From: Schizochytrium sp. TIO01
Taxonomy: Eukaryota > Protista > Bigyra: Labyrinthulomycetes
Assembly: GCA_004764695.1 (NCBI GenBank)
Contig: SMSO01000031.1
Span: 8,104,761 to 8,168,760, forward strand
Length of the DNA stretch: 64,000 bases
Reading direction: 5' to 3'
Shown piece after piece: positions 54,063-64,000 of the stretch. The translations under genes were made by a program, and so were the position numbers. Position 1 is the first letter of the stretch, and each line of letters starts with the position of its first letter. Under the pieces are notes generated by a model that was not told where the DNA came from, did no database searches, and saw only the letters and a list, made by a program, of their open reading frames with translations.

Positions 54063-54863
54063 TTACCACTTCTCGCAGTATGGGCGTATATCTGTCTCAA
54101 ATGACCAGGCCGAACGGTGCTGGCAGTGAATATCATAGTACGTGTTGGCAATTTGATCAGGCTGCAAGAGTCCTTCGGCCTCGCGAAGCTCCATGAATTT
54201 TTTCTCTCCCCAGATCTCTTTGACGAAGGCTGTATCGATGGGACCGTCAATAATCGTGTGAGCAACATGAATTCCCTTAGGACCTAGTTCACGCGCCATA
54301 GATTGCGCAAGGGCCCGCTTGGCGAATTTCGCGCCAGCAAATGCAGCGAACCCATCTCCACCCCGGATACTTGCGGTGGCACCAGTGATGATTATAGTTC
54401 CACGCCCACGCGGGGTCATAACACGCGCAGCCTCGCGACCTGTATGGAACGCAGTAAGAGCTGCCATCTCCCAGATTTTGACGTATTTACGAGTGGTGGT
54501 CTCTGTAATCGGGAAGCGCATATTGGCTCCAATATTATGCACAGCGACTTCAATGGGGCCCACTTCGCGCTCGATCTGCTGCACAAGGTCCACAACTTGT
54601 TCCTCTTTCCGAGCATCGCATCCGAATGCCACAGCTTTACCACCTAGTGACTCAATTTCCTGCACAAGGCCCAAGAGAGGCTCTTTGTTACGTCTCACCA
54701 CGCATGCTATGTAGCCTTCCTTGGCAAATTTGCGTGCAATTGCCCCTCCTGTAGCGTCTCCGGCACCAACAACAAGACATACGCCCTTAGGTGCAGCACT
54801 TGTCGTGTTTGTCGTAAGTTGTCTTGCGAAGAGCGCTGCTCTCTGTGCCATCTTGGTCTTCAC
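54063..54863 (-). CDS. Atypical short-chain dehydrogenase/reductase (bacterial-like, lacks the catalytic Tyr) with a probable mitochondrial presequence
   Basis: VVGAGDATGGAIARKFA; TGATASIRG; FAGAKFAKRALAQSMARELGPKGIHVAH; FETDIRPYCEKW. Confidence 0.9.
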   Translation of the reverse strand: MKTKMAQRAALFARQLTTNTTSAAPKGVCLVVGAGDATGGAIARKFAKEGYIACVVRRNKEPLLGLVQEIESLGGKAVAFGCDARKEEQVVDLVQQIEREVGPIEVAVHNIGANMRFPITETTTRKYVKIWEMAALTAFHTGREAARVMTPRGRGTIIITGATASIRGGDGFAAFAGAKFAKRALAQSMARELGPKGIHVAHTIIDGPIDTAFVKEIWGEKKFMELREAEGLLQPDQIANTYYDIHCQHRSAWSFETDIRPYCEKW

Positions 54864-56805
54864 TTCAAACTTGTCAAGCCCTGAGAGTTGGAGTTCTGCC
54901 GTCTGTTAACTTCGTCAAACGTCTCCAAGTTCACGCTCACACCGGGTTCTGTAACTGTTCGGTCAAACTCACGCAAGAGCACGAGATTCCTTTGTCCGTT
55001 TGCTTCAAAACCCCAAGCTTGGCTTTGGTGGCGGTGCCAAGACTTGACATAGATATCGTTGTTAGATCAAAGCGCGCGGTTCCAATTGTTATGAATATAT
55101 AACAAATAAACGAGGAGAAGTGCAATAGGCGGTTCACATGCTCACACCGCTGGTTTGGATTCGGAGCTGGAATCCTACTACGTAGAGGCTGGTTTTATGC
55201 AGTAGCTGAGCGAGAACTTAGGACAACAGCATGAGGATGCATGCTTTATTCAAGGCCCGCCTATAGAAGTTTTTTGAATCTCTTCTTCAATGCTTCTAGC
55301 GCGATCATAACAAACTACCAAATATCTATTACTAGGCCTATATGCTATGAAATAAGGCAGGTTTGGCCAAGGTTTGAGGTTTGGTTCTGGTCTTTAAAAT
55401 CAGCTAGCCAAACAGCCCCTACTAACTATTTGACCAACACTATGATGGCCTGTTTTGAGGAGAAATACCCTAGCTACTGTAAACGCTGCTGTGGTATTTG
55501 AGAATTGTAGTTTAGAATTATGAGGAACCTCAAGGTCATGTGAAGACAAAATGGTCTCGAAAGCCTATATTGTGTTGACTCACCCAAGTTAAAAGGTTTT
55601 AACTCACTACCTCTGACTATAGAGAAAGCCGTATTGTAAGCTACCGTGACCATCATGGCCACCTTGTCTTTGAAACCCACCGAGTAAAAGAGCGGGTAAA
55701 AAAACTCTCAAGTCAAAACGAGCTTATGACCCGAAGAGCCTTCAGTACTTCGTACTACTTTTCTGCGGAATGTGAATCTACTACTTTGGCTTATTGAGTT
55801 TTCCTCGACTAGCGAGAGGTAAGACATATGTAGTACTACCATAACCTTGATCATGATTCAAAGAGTGATTCATTGTTTTGGCTTAGTTTTTACCCAAGTT
55901 AAAGAGGTGATAGGAGTTGCTTTGACTAATGAGAGTGATCATGGTTGTCTTACCTCTTTGCAGCCCTCAATTCCTACTTTTTGGCGAAAGTGTTGCGCTT
56001 CTTCGAGCCCTCCTATGACCGACCCCACCCCCCACTGTCAGCACCCGAATGCACGATGAGTGCTCTCTATAACGGCATAGAACGAGGAAGCTCTAATCCG
56101 TTTACAAAGCACTATCGCACGCCAGTGCTCTGATGAGCGGAATGTTGTAGTAGACTCGGGCTCAGGGAACAAAAGACTTGTGAAAAGTTAGCTCGCAGTC
56201 CCAGACCTAGAAGACACTCAGCTCTACCCCGCGCCATCCACAGCCCCGTTCGCAACTCGGAACATCTATCTCTACGAGATGCCTCTGCTGCTCCGGAGAC
56301 CTTGGCGCAGAGAACGGAGTGAGGATTCTCTTGAGACTTGCACTCTTGATTTTAAGAAGTCCCAAGACGAGGGTCCGAGTTCGAGCGGCATCGTCACTGC
56401 AAGCAAGAGATCAAGCAGTTCTAGCTCCCTGACGCTGACGCTGACGATGTGCGCTGCGCAGCAAGGCACCACCTCACGGCGCACCTCCCCAGCTTGTGCG
56501 AGCTCGACCTTGAGTTCCTGAGCGAATCTGTCTGTGTCTGTGCATACAGGCTACGCTTTGGAATCCGTGGGCGCCTACTGCCTGGGCACGGAGCTTGGAG
56601 AAGACGAAAGAGGCGGGGCGTGCTCCCTCCCACAGAGCACGAGCTGGCACGCGACGCACCTGAGCGTGCCCGCCGCATCGGCATTTCAGGTCTGCGCTTT
56701 CAGGATTCCGAGTTCAAATTCAAAATTCCTCCTCCAAATTCAAGCTCAGGAACCGCACCCAAAATTCAAAGTCGATTGATTGATTCCGGAATTCAAATTT
56801 CAACT

Positions 56806-56921
56806 TTCGCAATTCAAATCCTTCGCAATTCAAATCCTTCGCAATTCAAATCCTTCGCAATTCAAATCCTTCGCAATTCAAATCTTTCGCAATTCAAATC
56901 TTTCGTAATTCAAATCTTTCG
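56806..56921 (+). repeat. Minisatellite: 7 full copies plus a partial copy of the 16-bp unit TTCGCAATTCAAATC(C/T)
   Basis: Direct reading; head-to-tail with no spacers. Confidence 0.92.
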
Positions 56922-58262
56922 AAGCGCCTTTCTCTGAGAAGAAGGGCGTTTTCCCTCTTCAAAGGTCAGTCAGTCGAAAGCGGAAAGCATGCTGAACCAG
57001 AACGTTCTCTCGGGCAGCTAGCCAGGTACATATCTTTTCATATAGAAACCGTTCCAATTGAGGTAAGCCCTGGCTTAGTCTCGAAAGAACGAAAAGGGAG
57101 GAGTGAAGGGAAAGCTAAACCTCACTGTTCTCTTCGTTCTATTCGCGCTCCGGCCGTTCTGCTTTCTTCGCCTGTTCTCTGTTCTCCTGGGCGCCCACCA
57201 CCTAACCGCAACCATAGCACCACAGTAGCACCCGTCCGGACCCCTAACTGAAAGAGAACGCAGAAGAGACTGGAGAGCCACCTTAATTATGCCCAGTCCG
57301 CTCTGAGTTAGAGCCGCTTTTTAGAGAGGGCGGACCGGCAATTAAGGAGGAACAACGAGCGGAATGAAAGGCACTAGGGGTCTCCTATGGGTAGCTAATA
57401 GTTAAACCTCTATGACCTGTTCACGCCTGAGGGTCAGTGGGGACAGAGATATGTTGTCCATAGCATGTGTATGTTTATTTGTTTCTTCATAGTAGTGATC
57501 TAAAAAAGAGGAATAAATGAATGCATTGTTTGGGATTTGTCGATGGACCATGAAGTATGAATCATGTTGCACTCAAGCTGGGTTGAAGAGAGGACGAAGG
57601 GACCTGGTTCGGGAGGAGACTGAGCGCAGCGTGACAAGTAATCGCGTCGGCTTGCTCCGTCCCTGCTTCGGCTGAAGAAAGCACATCATCAGTCCATCGA
57701 TCTTGAAATTGTGAGAACGGCACACGAAACTGATCGTGAAAGGTAGGTAGGTACCTATATCATTGTTATTATGGGGGAGAAAGAATAGAAAGAGAAGAAT
57801 AAAAAAAGTCTTTGAAAAATTTGAATTGTTCAAATCGATTTGTCGATCCGAATCAGAAAGCAGACCCGAATTGAGCAGAATCGAGCAATTGAAAGTAGAG
57901 AAGGTACGTGACATGACAACCGCACGACAAGGCCAACTCGTCGTGCAAAACAGCAGCAGCAGCATAGTAGCAGCTGAGTTGGCGCAGGCAGACCTCACAG
58001 TTCGACGAAAGCTGTGAGGAAACTAGATATGAAGATGACCGGCACGGAGGCCATGACGAACTTGCTGACTCGCTTGCTTGCTTGCTTGCTTGCCTGCGTG
58101 CTTGCTCAGTAAGAAGCCTACACCCAGGGACATGTCTCACCAGCTACAAGTCAACTAACTGATAAAACCGTGGGAACTCAACGATCATCTACGTACAGGC
58201 AGTCTCTCTTGTGGACGTATTTTTCAAACCTATCTATCTATTTTACCTATCTATATCTCAAA

Positions 58263-59333
58263 ATGAGCTACACTCTCAAGACCCCTCTCACTGAGCTCTT
58301 CAATGTGCAGAACCCGGTCATGCTTGCCGGCATGAACCAGGCCGCTGGCCCGCAGCTCGCAGCCGCCGTTTGCAACGCCGGTGGCATTGGCAGCATTGGA
58401 GGTGTGAGCTACACGCCGAAGGTCTTGCGTCAGATGATCGCGGACCTCAAGGCCGACCTCAAGGACAAGAACGCCCCCTTTGGCGTGGACCTTCTCCTGC
58501 CGCAGGTCGGTGGCAACGCTCGTAAAACTAACTACGATTACACTAAGGGCAACCTGGCTGCCCTCATCGATATCATCATCGAGGAGAAGGCTGCACTCTT
58601 CATCTCCGCCGTCGGTCTCCCGCCCAAGTGGGCCATCGACAAGCTCCACGCTGCTGGAATCCTTGTGGCTAACATGTGCGGAGCACCCAAGCATGCCGTG
58701 AAGGCTGCGGAACTTGGCGCGGATATCGTCATTGCTCAGGGAGGCGAAGGTGGAGGTCACACTGGAGATATCCCGACCAGTGTGCTCATTCCGGAGGTCG
58801 TGGACGCCATGCGCGGACGCAAAAGTGCATTTACCGGCAAAGATATTATAGTTGTCGCTGCTGGAGGTATCTACGATGGACGTGGACTCGCAATGGCTCT
58901 CGCCCTCGGAGCCGCAGGAGTCTGGGTTGGAACACGCTTTGTTGCTTGCAAGGAGGCCGGAGCTCCCCCCCGCCACCAGCAGTCTGTGGTCAAGGCTGGT
59001 CACAACGAGACTGTGCGCACAATTATCTACACTGGCCGCCCCATGCGTGTGCTCCGTACCCCGTACATCAATGACTGGGAGGTGAACCGCTCGCAGGAGA
59101 TCCGCGAGCTTACTAGCAAGGGAGTCCTCCCTGCTCAGAAGGATATTGAGGACAAGGAAAAGGCTGGTAAGGAGGTCACCTTTGAGGACCGCATGAACAT
59201 GACGCCTCTGCTTATGGGAAAGAACGCTGGAGCCATCAAGGATATCCTCTCTGCAAAGGAGATCGTCGACGAGATGGTCTCGACAGCTGTTCAGATCACC
59301 CAGAACAACGCCAAGCTTGTCTCCAAGCTCTAA
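58263..59333 (+). CDS. Nitronate monooxygenase / 2-nitropropane dioxygenase / FabK-like FMN flavoenzyme
   Basis: PVMLAGM, LAAAVCNAGGIG, PFGVDLLLP, AQGGEGGGHTG, VAAGGIYDGRGLAMALALGAAGVWVGTRF. Real start taken as ATG 58263; codon bias is strong. Confidence 0.93.
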   Translation: MSYTLKTPLTELFNVQNPVMLAGMNQAAGPQLAAAVCNAGGIGSIGGVSYTPKVLRQMIADLKADLKDKNAPFGVDLLLPQVGGNARKTNYDYTKGNLAALIDIIIEEKAALFISAVGLPPKWAIDKLHAAGILVANMCGAPKHAVKAAELGADIVIAQGGEGGGHTGDIPTSVLIPEVVDAMRGRKSAFTGKDIIVVAAGGIYDGRGLAMALALGAAGVWVGTRFVACKEAGAPPRHQQSVVKAGHNETVRTIIYTGRPMRVLRTPYINDWEVNRSQEIRELTSKGVLPAQKDIEDKEKAGKEVTFEDRMNMTPLLMGKNAGAIKDILSAKEIVDEMVSTAVQITQNNAKLVSKL

Positions 59334-59889
59334 GTTGTCGGATTGAGACCTTGTCCTCTTCCAGCACTGCTACAACTATTTACAATGCAAGCAAGGTTCT
59401 TGCTCTGTTGATCTAGACTTTCACAATCCACACCATCTTTCACTTCCCCCTCTACGTATTACATATACAGAAAACATTTTTTTATATCGTTTCTGTTCAC
59501 ATTCTTTCCTTCTGCTGTCACCTACTCCTCCGGACGAGTACCTTTACTTGCCCTATATATGTGTTCCATAGTACTTGGATTGAGATGTAATAATCTCTAA
59601 GTTATGTGGCAGTCTCCCCAAGTTTTGTTTTCATTTCGTATATTCAAGAAACTTCTGTGGTATAATTCGTAAAATAACTGTTGGTTCGCTTCGTTTCATA
59701 CAAATCCTAAACTTTGTAACTCTGAATTGCGCTTACTTCCATCGAGATAAACACCTTTAAATTTGCCTTGTGTAGAATCAATACATTCGGTATTTAGAAA
59801 AACAGAGCATTGGTCGTCAATTGGGACTGGGACACTTTTCCATCCAAAAGCTCGAAACTCTAAAACCATTAGGGTAGTAGCATGGGTAG

Positions 59890-60173
59890 TAGTGAAACAC
59901 CAAAAGAATCCAACACGCTGGCCGGGGGTGTGATCTTGGTAGCATCACTCCAGGGTTAGGTCATCTTTGCGTTGGAACGCGTAGGCTGCGCCCAGCCCGT
60001 TGCTTTCCCCCACAGCACCTGCAATGAGCCAGGTATCGCTACACACGAAAGCCTCACCCAGAGCCTCTTGTGAAGACCGTGCTTCCGCTGTAAGCCAAGC
60101 TTGCCTAAACCAAGAGGGGGCAGGCGAAGATCACAACGAAAGTTGTGACCACAAAAAACCAGAGGGGCGGCAT
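59890..60173 (-). pseudogene. Fragment of a secreted FG-GAP-repeat (beta-propeller) protein
   Basis: Signal peptide MPPLWFFVVTTFVVIFACPLLV*, then LGEAFVCSDTWLIAGAVGESNGLGAAYAFQR / WSDATKITPP...FGVS across frameshifts. Confidence 0.55.
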
Positions 60174-60610
60174 TTTAATTAAACCCAAATATCATTATCG
60201 TCAAAATTCATTTATAATCCTGACCTATGCGTCTATTCCCTTTTTTCTCAGTTAGTCGTAAATTTTCTCTCATCTCGACACATATTAAGCTAGTAATGAT
60301 GAGAGCCCCATGATGGAGATAAAGGGTGTCATGATGACAATGCTGGCCTACAGCTGCTGCACCTTAAGTGTATGGTGATGATTGTCGTCGCTCAAGATAA
60401 AACCAGTGCTTCTTTTTCTTGAAACTATTAGCAAGGTGTTCATGTACAGCTTTTTTCTCCTGGGACTCTATATCTGATCCATCCCCGTCGTCAGAAGAAG
60501 AATGCTTTCTTTTCTTTTCTTTTCCTCTTTTAACGGCCTGCGGCGAGCGAGCTCAAAATAATAAAGATAACATCACACTATATTACTTATGTGTATCAAG
60601 AAAGGCTTCT

Positions 60611-63600
60611 CTATATTTTAGGTACCAGGTACCCTACCCCAGGCCATTTTGAAACAGACAGCTCGCACGGGAGCCAAAATTTAAATATGTCCTGCTCAAA
60701 TTCATCCTTTACATGTATCAGGATGCTTTCATCATCGCTTTGAACGCCATCTTCCCAACTTGTTTCCAAACCAAAAGGGTCGAAAGGCTCTGCAGCGATG
60801 TCTGACTCAGTTTCGTTAGTATTGTTATTATACGATGGCCTCGCAAACCGAATAAAAATTGTTGGGCCCAGGCTTCGCTTCCCAACCAAGTATGGCCCTT
60901 CTAATTGTTTCAGACGATGATTCCACCGTAAACCTTCAATGAAAACTCCATTGAGCCCTACATCTGCCCAGTCGGTGAATTCCCCTGGTGCTCCAAACTG
61001 TACCTTTGCATCTAGTTGTTGAACACTGCAGTTGAAGAATTTTGCAGAGTCAACGAAGGCTTGCCACAACTGCAACCTAGCTGCACCTGGAGATTTCACT
61101 GCAGTTTCCGAAAAGGACAGAGGGGTCATCGGTTGCGTCTTCGAAGGATGACTTTTTGCCTTTGGTGGCAGCTGCTTAAGACACCCATCATCGCCATCCT
61201 CAACGTCTTTATCTTTATCTTCTATGTACCTCGCATCTGATTTGTGTTGGCTGTTCCCGGTATCCTGATGCCGTAATCCACCCTCATCAGTAGCAAGATT
61301 AGGACTCTCGCTCAGATTGGTTACACCTTTGCTAGGTGAATCGATTCCAGGAAAACGGCGGTTGTCTGTCTTTGATTTGCTACGCTGAATAGGTAGTAAT
61401 GTAGACGTCTCAGCGTGGATGTCGCTGGTCTTAGGAAAAAGAGTTTCCGCAAGTGCTCGTCGAAGCTTGTTAGACTCTGCACTTGCATATCGAGAATCTT
61501 GAGTGGTGTCTGCACCACAGACAACAAACCAATCTGAACGATCGATGTCTTCCAGAGATGTGCCCGAAGAAAAGGTATATGTTTTCGAAGCATGATGCAC
61601 ATTAAGTACTTGTAATTGATATGCTTTGGCCCATGGAGTTGCACGAATTAAGCAACGTCTCTGACCATGCTCAGAGAGTGGGACAATCAATTCGGAGGAT
61701 GTCATCGCTGCTTCAAGTAAACATCTTCCAGCTGGATAGTCTCGGAATATTTCCCCAAGTCGTAGAAGGAGACGGTGTACATCGATCTGGCTCCCACGGT
61801 CATCCATTGTCGCCTTAAAATCGAGTATCATCCGTGCATGAACTTCGCCTTCTGCCTTGTTGCCAGGTGATGAAGAGACAGATTCTTGGCTTTCACGACG
61901 TACAAGGAAGTCAAGTTCGGTGTCGCGCTCAACTCGCGCAAGGTATGTCAGTAGCTGCTCTCGATCTTGTCCCGCTACTTGATGCTGTCTGAGGCAGGAG
62001 ATGACTTCATGAGTATAAATGCCTGCTAAGATCACCTGCCTCCACAGCTGTCGATACGGGGGCAGAGATTGAGCAGATTGAGCAGATTGATGAACATCCC
62101 AGCTATGCAAAGCACTCTTGAATCGATCACCAAGGTTAATACTTCTGCTTCCTGGATCGTTGAAATCAAAAACATGCGCAGCATTGAACAAAGGACTTGG
62201 AACTTCGGATCTTGTTGGTGCAACAAGTATAAGCCGGATCGATATAAGCTCGAGAGCAGCTGCAACAGAATCAGTCTTGCCGGTTTGACTCTGTGACTCA
62301 GAGTCAGAGTCGCAACTATTACTACTACTACCACTACTCCCTGATGATGATGACGATGATGATATCTTTCCTTGTGTGCCTTGAATACCAGAATTCGCGC
62401 TATCCTGGCCCTGCCGCTTTTGGTACTTTGCAAACACCGTCTTGACCCAACTTTGTGGATCGTGTAGCTTTGCAAGGAGACCACTAGCCGCATTAAAATC
62501 TAGCTGCTGAGGGTTGTCTAGGACAATCCACAAGTAGCCTTTGTCTTCTACATGAAGAGACTTTGACAGGAAATTCTCTAATGAGGTATCCAAGTCATCC
62601 AAGATTTCAACATACAGCATGTTTACCTCAATACTTTCCTGAGAAGCCTGAATTAACATTTTGCGTGTCTCGATGACACCAGCGAACCCTTCACGCAAAA
62701 TAACGATTGGATTCTTCCCTGATAATCCACATATAGCTTTTCTAAATACCCCTGCTGACTTGAAGTGCTTCAAATCCATTGGGCCGCCATCTGAAGTCGC
62801 ACTAGGCTTGGCGGTGCGAATATTCCTTAAACTGATCCGATTCTTGGTATTTCCAAGGTTACGAAGCATTCTCCGCGGTTGGGCTTGAGGTTGATCTTGC
62901 TTATTATCTGAGTCTTGATTTACTTCACTCGCGTCGAATTTGTCGTTATCTCCTTCGCCCTGAGAGGTTCTTTTGGCTAGACCATTACGAGCTGGCAGAA
63001 ATTCTGATGGCCGACTCTGTTCATTACGAAGCATGTCCTGAAGATTTTCATGGAAGTCACGCAAGTATGACGTTGCAGCACGGACAAGAAAGGACGGGCA
63101 AGAGTTTACAATAACGATAAAACGTATGAAAGGATTCCAAGCGTTCTCCATCTCCGCTTTCGCGAGCTGGCTCTCCAAAACTTTAAGAGGGTTGTTTGCA
63201 AGCTTCAACTGCAGTATATCTACAACAGAAGCTTCATTGAAAGGTAGCATTAGTTGCGCAAGGGTCTCTATGTGATCTGCAGCCTCACCCAAAGCACTTT
63301 GTACTACTCGGGACCAATCGTGAGTTGTCATGCGAGCATGGCTTCCGTAATCAGGCTGGATTGCAAGAGCAGCAGCCATACTAGGATCTGTCTGCAAAGA
63401 AAGAGAGCTGCTGTGACGTCGAATATGACCGGATGCTCTGCGCGCAGCTTCGTTTAAGTCAAGCCGAGCTGTTACTCGACGTAGCTCTTCAAAATTTAAC
63501 GTAGGGCGTGTTGTATTCTGATTTCGAGTCGATAATTTCCCAGTTGATCCTGGTCGTGAAAGACCACGAGCAGTTCTGACTCTGCGTCGAGTCACATTCC

Positions 63601-64000
63601 TTGGGCCCTTTGAGTTCTTCTGTTCACCATTTGCAAGGCATTTATTTGTTCCGTCAAAAAGTGTGATTGCAACAGAACGAACAAACGCCCGCGTTTCACT
63701 CTGATCAATTCGAACACGCTGTGCATAGATAAGTTCAAAACTGCAAAGTAATTGAAGAGTCAAATACTGCCTTCCATCAAGTTGCGGAGCGAGTAGTTCC
63801 AGCGTTTTATAAAGAAGCTGTGCCATCGCATAGTAAAGCTTTTCCCAGTGTAGTGTAGCAGAGTGGTCTACCCAAACAGTGCGCCCAAGTTCCTTCACCT
63901 TCGTCGCGAACGTAGAATATATGGGCCTGCCATTCATGGGTAAATTAAGCGTTTGTAGAAAGGAAGTTATTCTAAAGAATAGCCTACCTGCAAAAGAAGC
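60611..64000 (-). CDS. C-terminal part of a divergent dynein heavy chain-like protein; the frame is open to the window edge
   Basis: AGRLFF...PIYS (post-AAA5-like); GYLWIVLDNPQQL and IRLILV..VPSPLF..DP (AAA6-like); LNGVFIEGLRWN and WLPC...W..VG (dynein C-terminal-like). Confidence 0.6.
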   Translation of the reverse strand, partial: ASFAGRLFFRITSFLQTLNLPMNGRPIYSTFATKVKELGRTVWVDHSATLHWEKLYYAMAQLLYKTLELLAPQLDGRQYLTLQLLCSFELIYAQRVRIDQSETRAFVRSVAITLFDGTNKCLANGEQKNSKGPRNVTRRRVRTARGLSRPGSTGKLSTRNQNTTRPTLNFEELRRVTARLDLNEAARRASGHIRRHSSSLSLQTDPSMAAALAIQPDYGSHARMTTHDWSRVVQSALGEAADHIETLAQLMLPFNEASVVDILQLKLANNPLKVLESQLAKAEMENAWNPFIRFIVIVNSCPSFLVRAATSYLRDFHENLQDMLRNEQSRPSEFLPARNGLAKRTSQGEGDNDKFDASEVNQDSDNKQDQPQAQPRRMLRNLGNTKNRISLRNIRTAKPSATSDGGPMDLKHFKSAGVFRKAICGLSGKNPIVILREGFAGVIETRKMLIQASQESIEVNMLYVEILDDLDTSLENFLSKSLHVEDKGYLWIVLDNPQQLDFNAASGLLAKLHDPQSWVKTVFAKYQKRQGQDSANSGIQGTQGKISSSSSSSGSSGSSSNSCDSDSESQSQTGKTDSVAAALELISIRLILVAPTRSEVPSPLFNAAHVFDFNDPGSRSINLGDRFKSALHSWDVHQSAQSAQSLPPYRQLWRQVILAGIYTHEVISCLRQHQVAGQDREQLLTYLARVERDTELDFLVRRESQESVSSSPGNKAEGEVHARMILDFKATMDDRGSQIDVHRLLLRLGEIFRDYPAGRCLLEAAMTSSELIVPLSEHGQRRCLIRATPWAKAYQLQVLNVHHASKTYTFSSGTSLEDIDRSDWFVVCGADTTQDSRYASAESNKLRRALAETLFPKTSDIHAETSTLLPIQRSKSKTDNRRFPGIDSPSKGVTNLSESPNLATDEGGLRHQDTGNSQHKSDARYIEDKDKDVEDGDDGCLKQLPPKAKSHPSKTQPMTPLSFSETAVKSPGAARLQLWQAFVDSAKFFNCSVQQLDAKVQFGAPGEFTDWADVGLNGVFIEGLRWNHRLKQLEGPYLVGKRSLGPTIFIRFARPSYNNNTNETESDIAAEPFDPFGLETSWEDGVQSDDESILIHVKDEFEQDIFKFWLPCELSVSKWPGVGYLVPKI

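Noticed and set aside
56806-56921. Possible CRISPR array
   Set aside because: Units are head-to-tail with no unique spacers, no cas genes are present, and the context is eukaryotic.
58170-58262. N-terminal extension of the NMO ORF in the ORF track
   Set aside because: Starts at a GTG and runs through (CTAT)-repeat UTR-like sequence; family similarity begins at ATG 58263.
60293-60385. Repeated ATGATGA (C-box-like) motifs suggesting C/D snoRNAs
   Set aside because: No suitably placed CTGA D box or terminal stem.

Overview
Eukaryotic nuclear DNA with intron-poor genes and microsatellite-rich intergenic regions. The gene set (flagellar proteins, DUF7164-like and Crinkler-type proteins) suggests a heterotrophic stramenopile, possibly a thraustochytrid; this is inference only. 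Recognisable genes: a CRN-type P-loop NTPase + REase-like protein, N-acetylglutamate synthase, a DxD glycosyltransferase-like protein, a D/D-domain + tandem GAF protein, two coiled-coil genes each split by one frameshift (one ODA docking-complex-like), a WW + cyclin Y-like protein, a PH/coiled-coil protein, an ABCA transporter, HIBCH, an atypical SDR, a nitronate monooxygenase-family flavoenzyme and the C-terminal part of a divergent dynein heavy chain-like gene. Also present are two identical tRNA-Pro(TGG) genes and a complete Ty1/copia element with TA...TA termini, an open gag and a decayed pol. The most unusual items are: (1) a compact, virus-like island at ~2.8-5.2 kb beside the NTPase-nuclease gene, encoding membrane-anchored beta-trefoil-like proteins; (2) a 91-bp cassette containing an intron-like hairpin, duplicated 15 kb apart and differing only in its loop; (3) two frameshifts that 26- and 32-nt GT-AG micro-introns would repair; (4) a stand-alone D/D-GAF-GAF sensor; (5) many decayed gene fragments between genes. 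All family calls come from motif recognition by eye; no searches were run.
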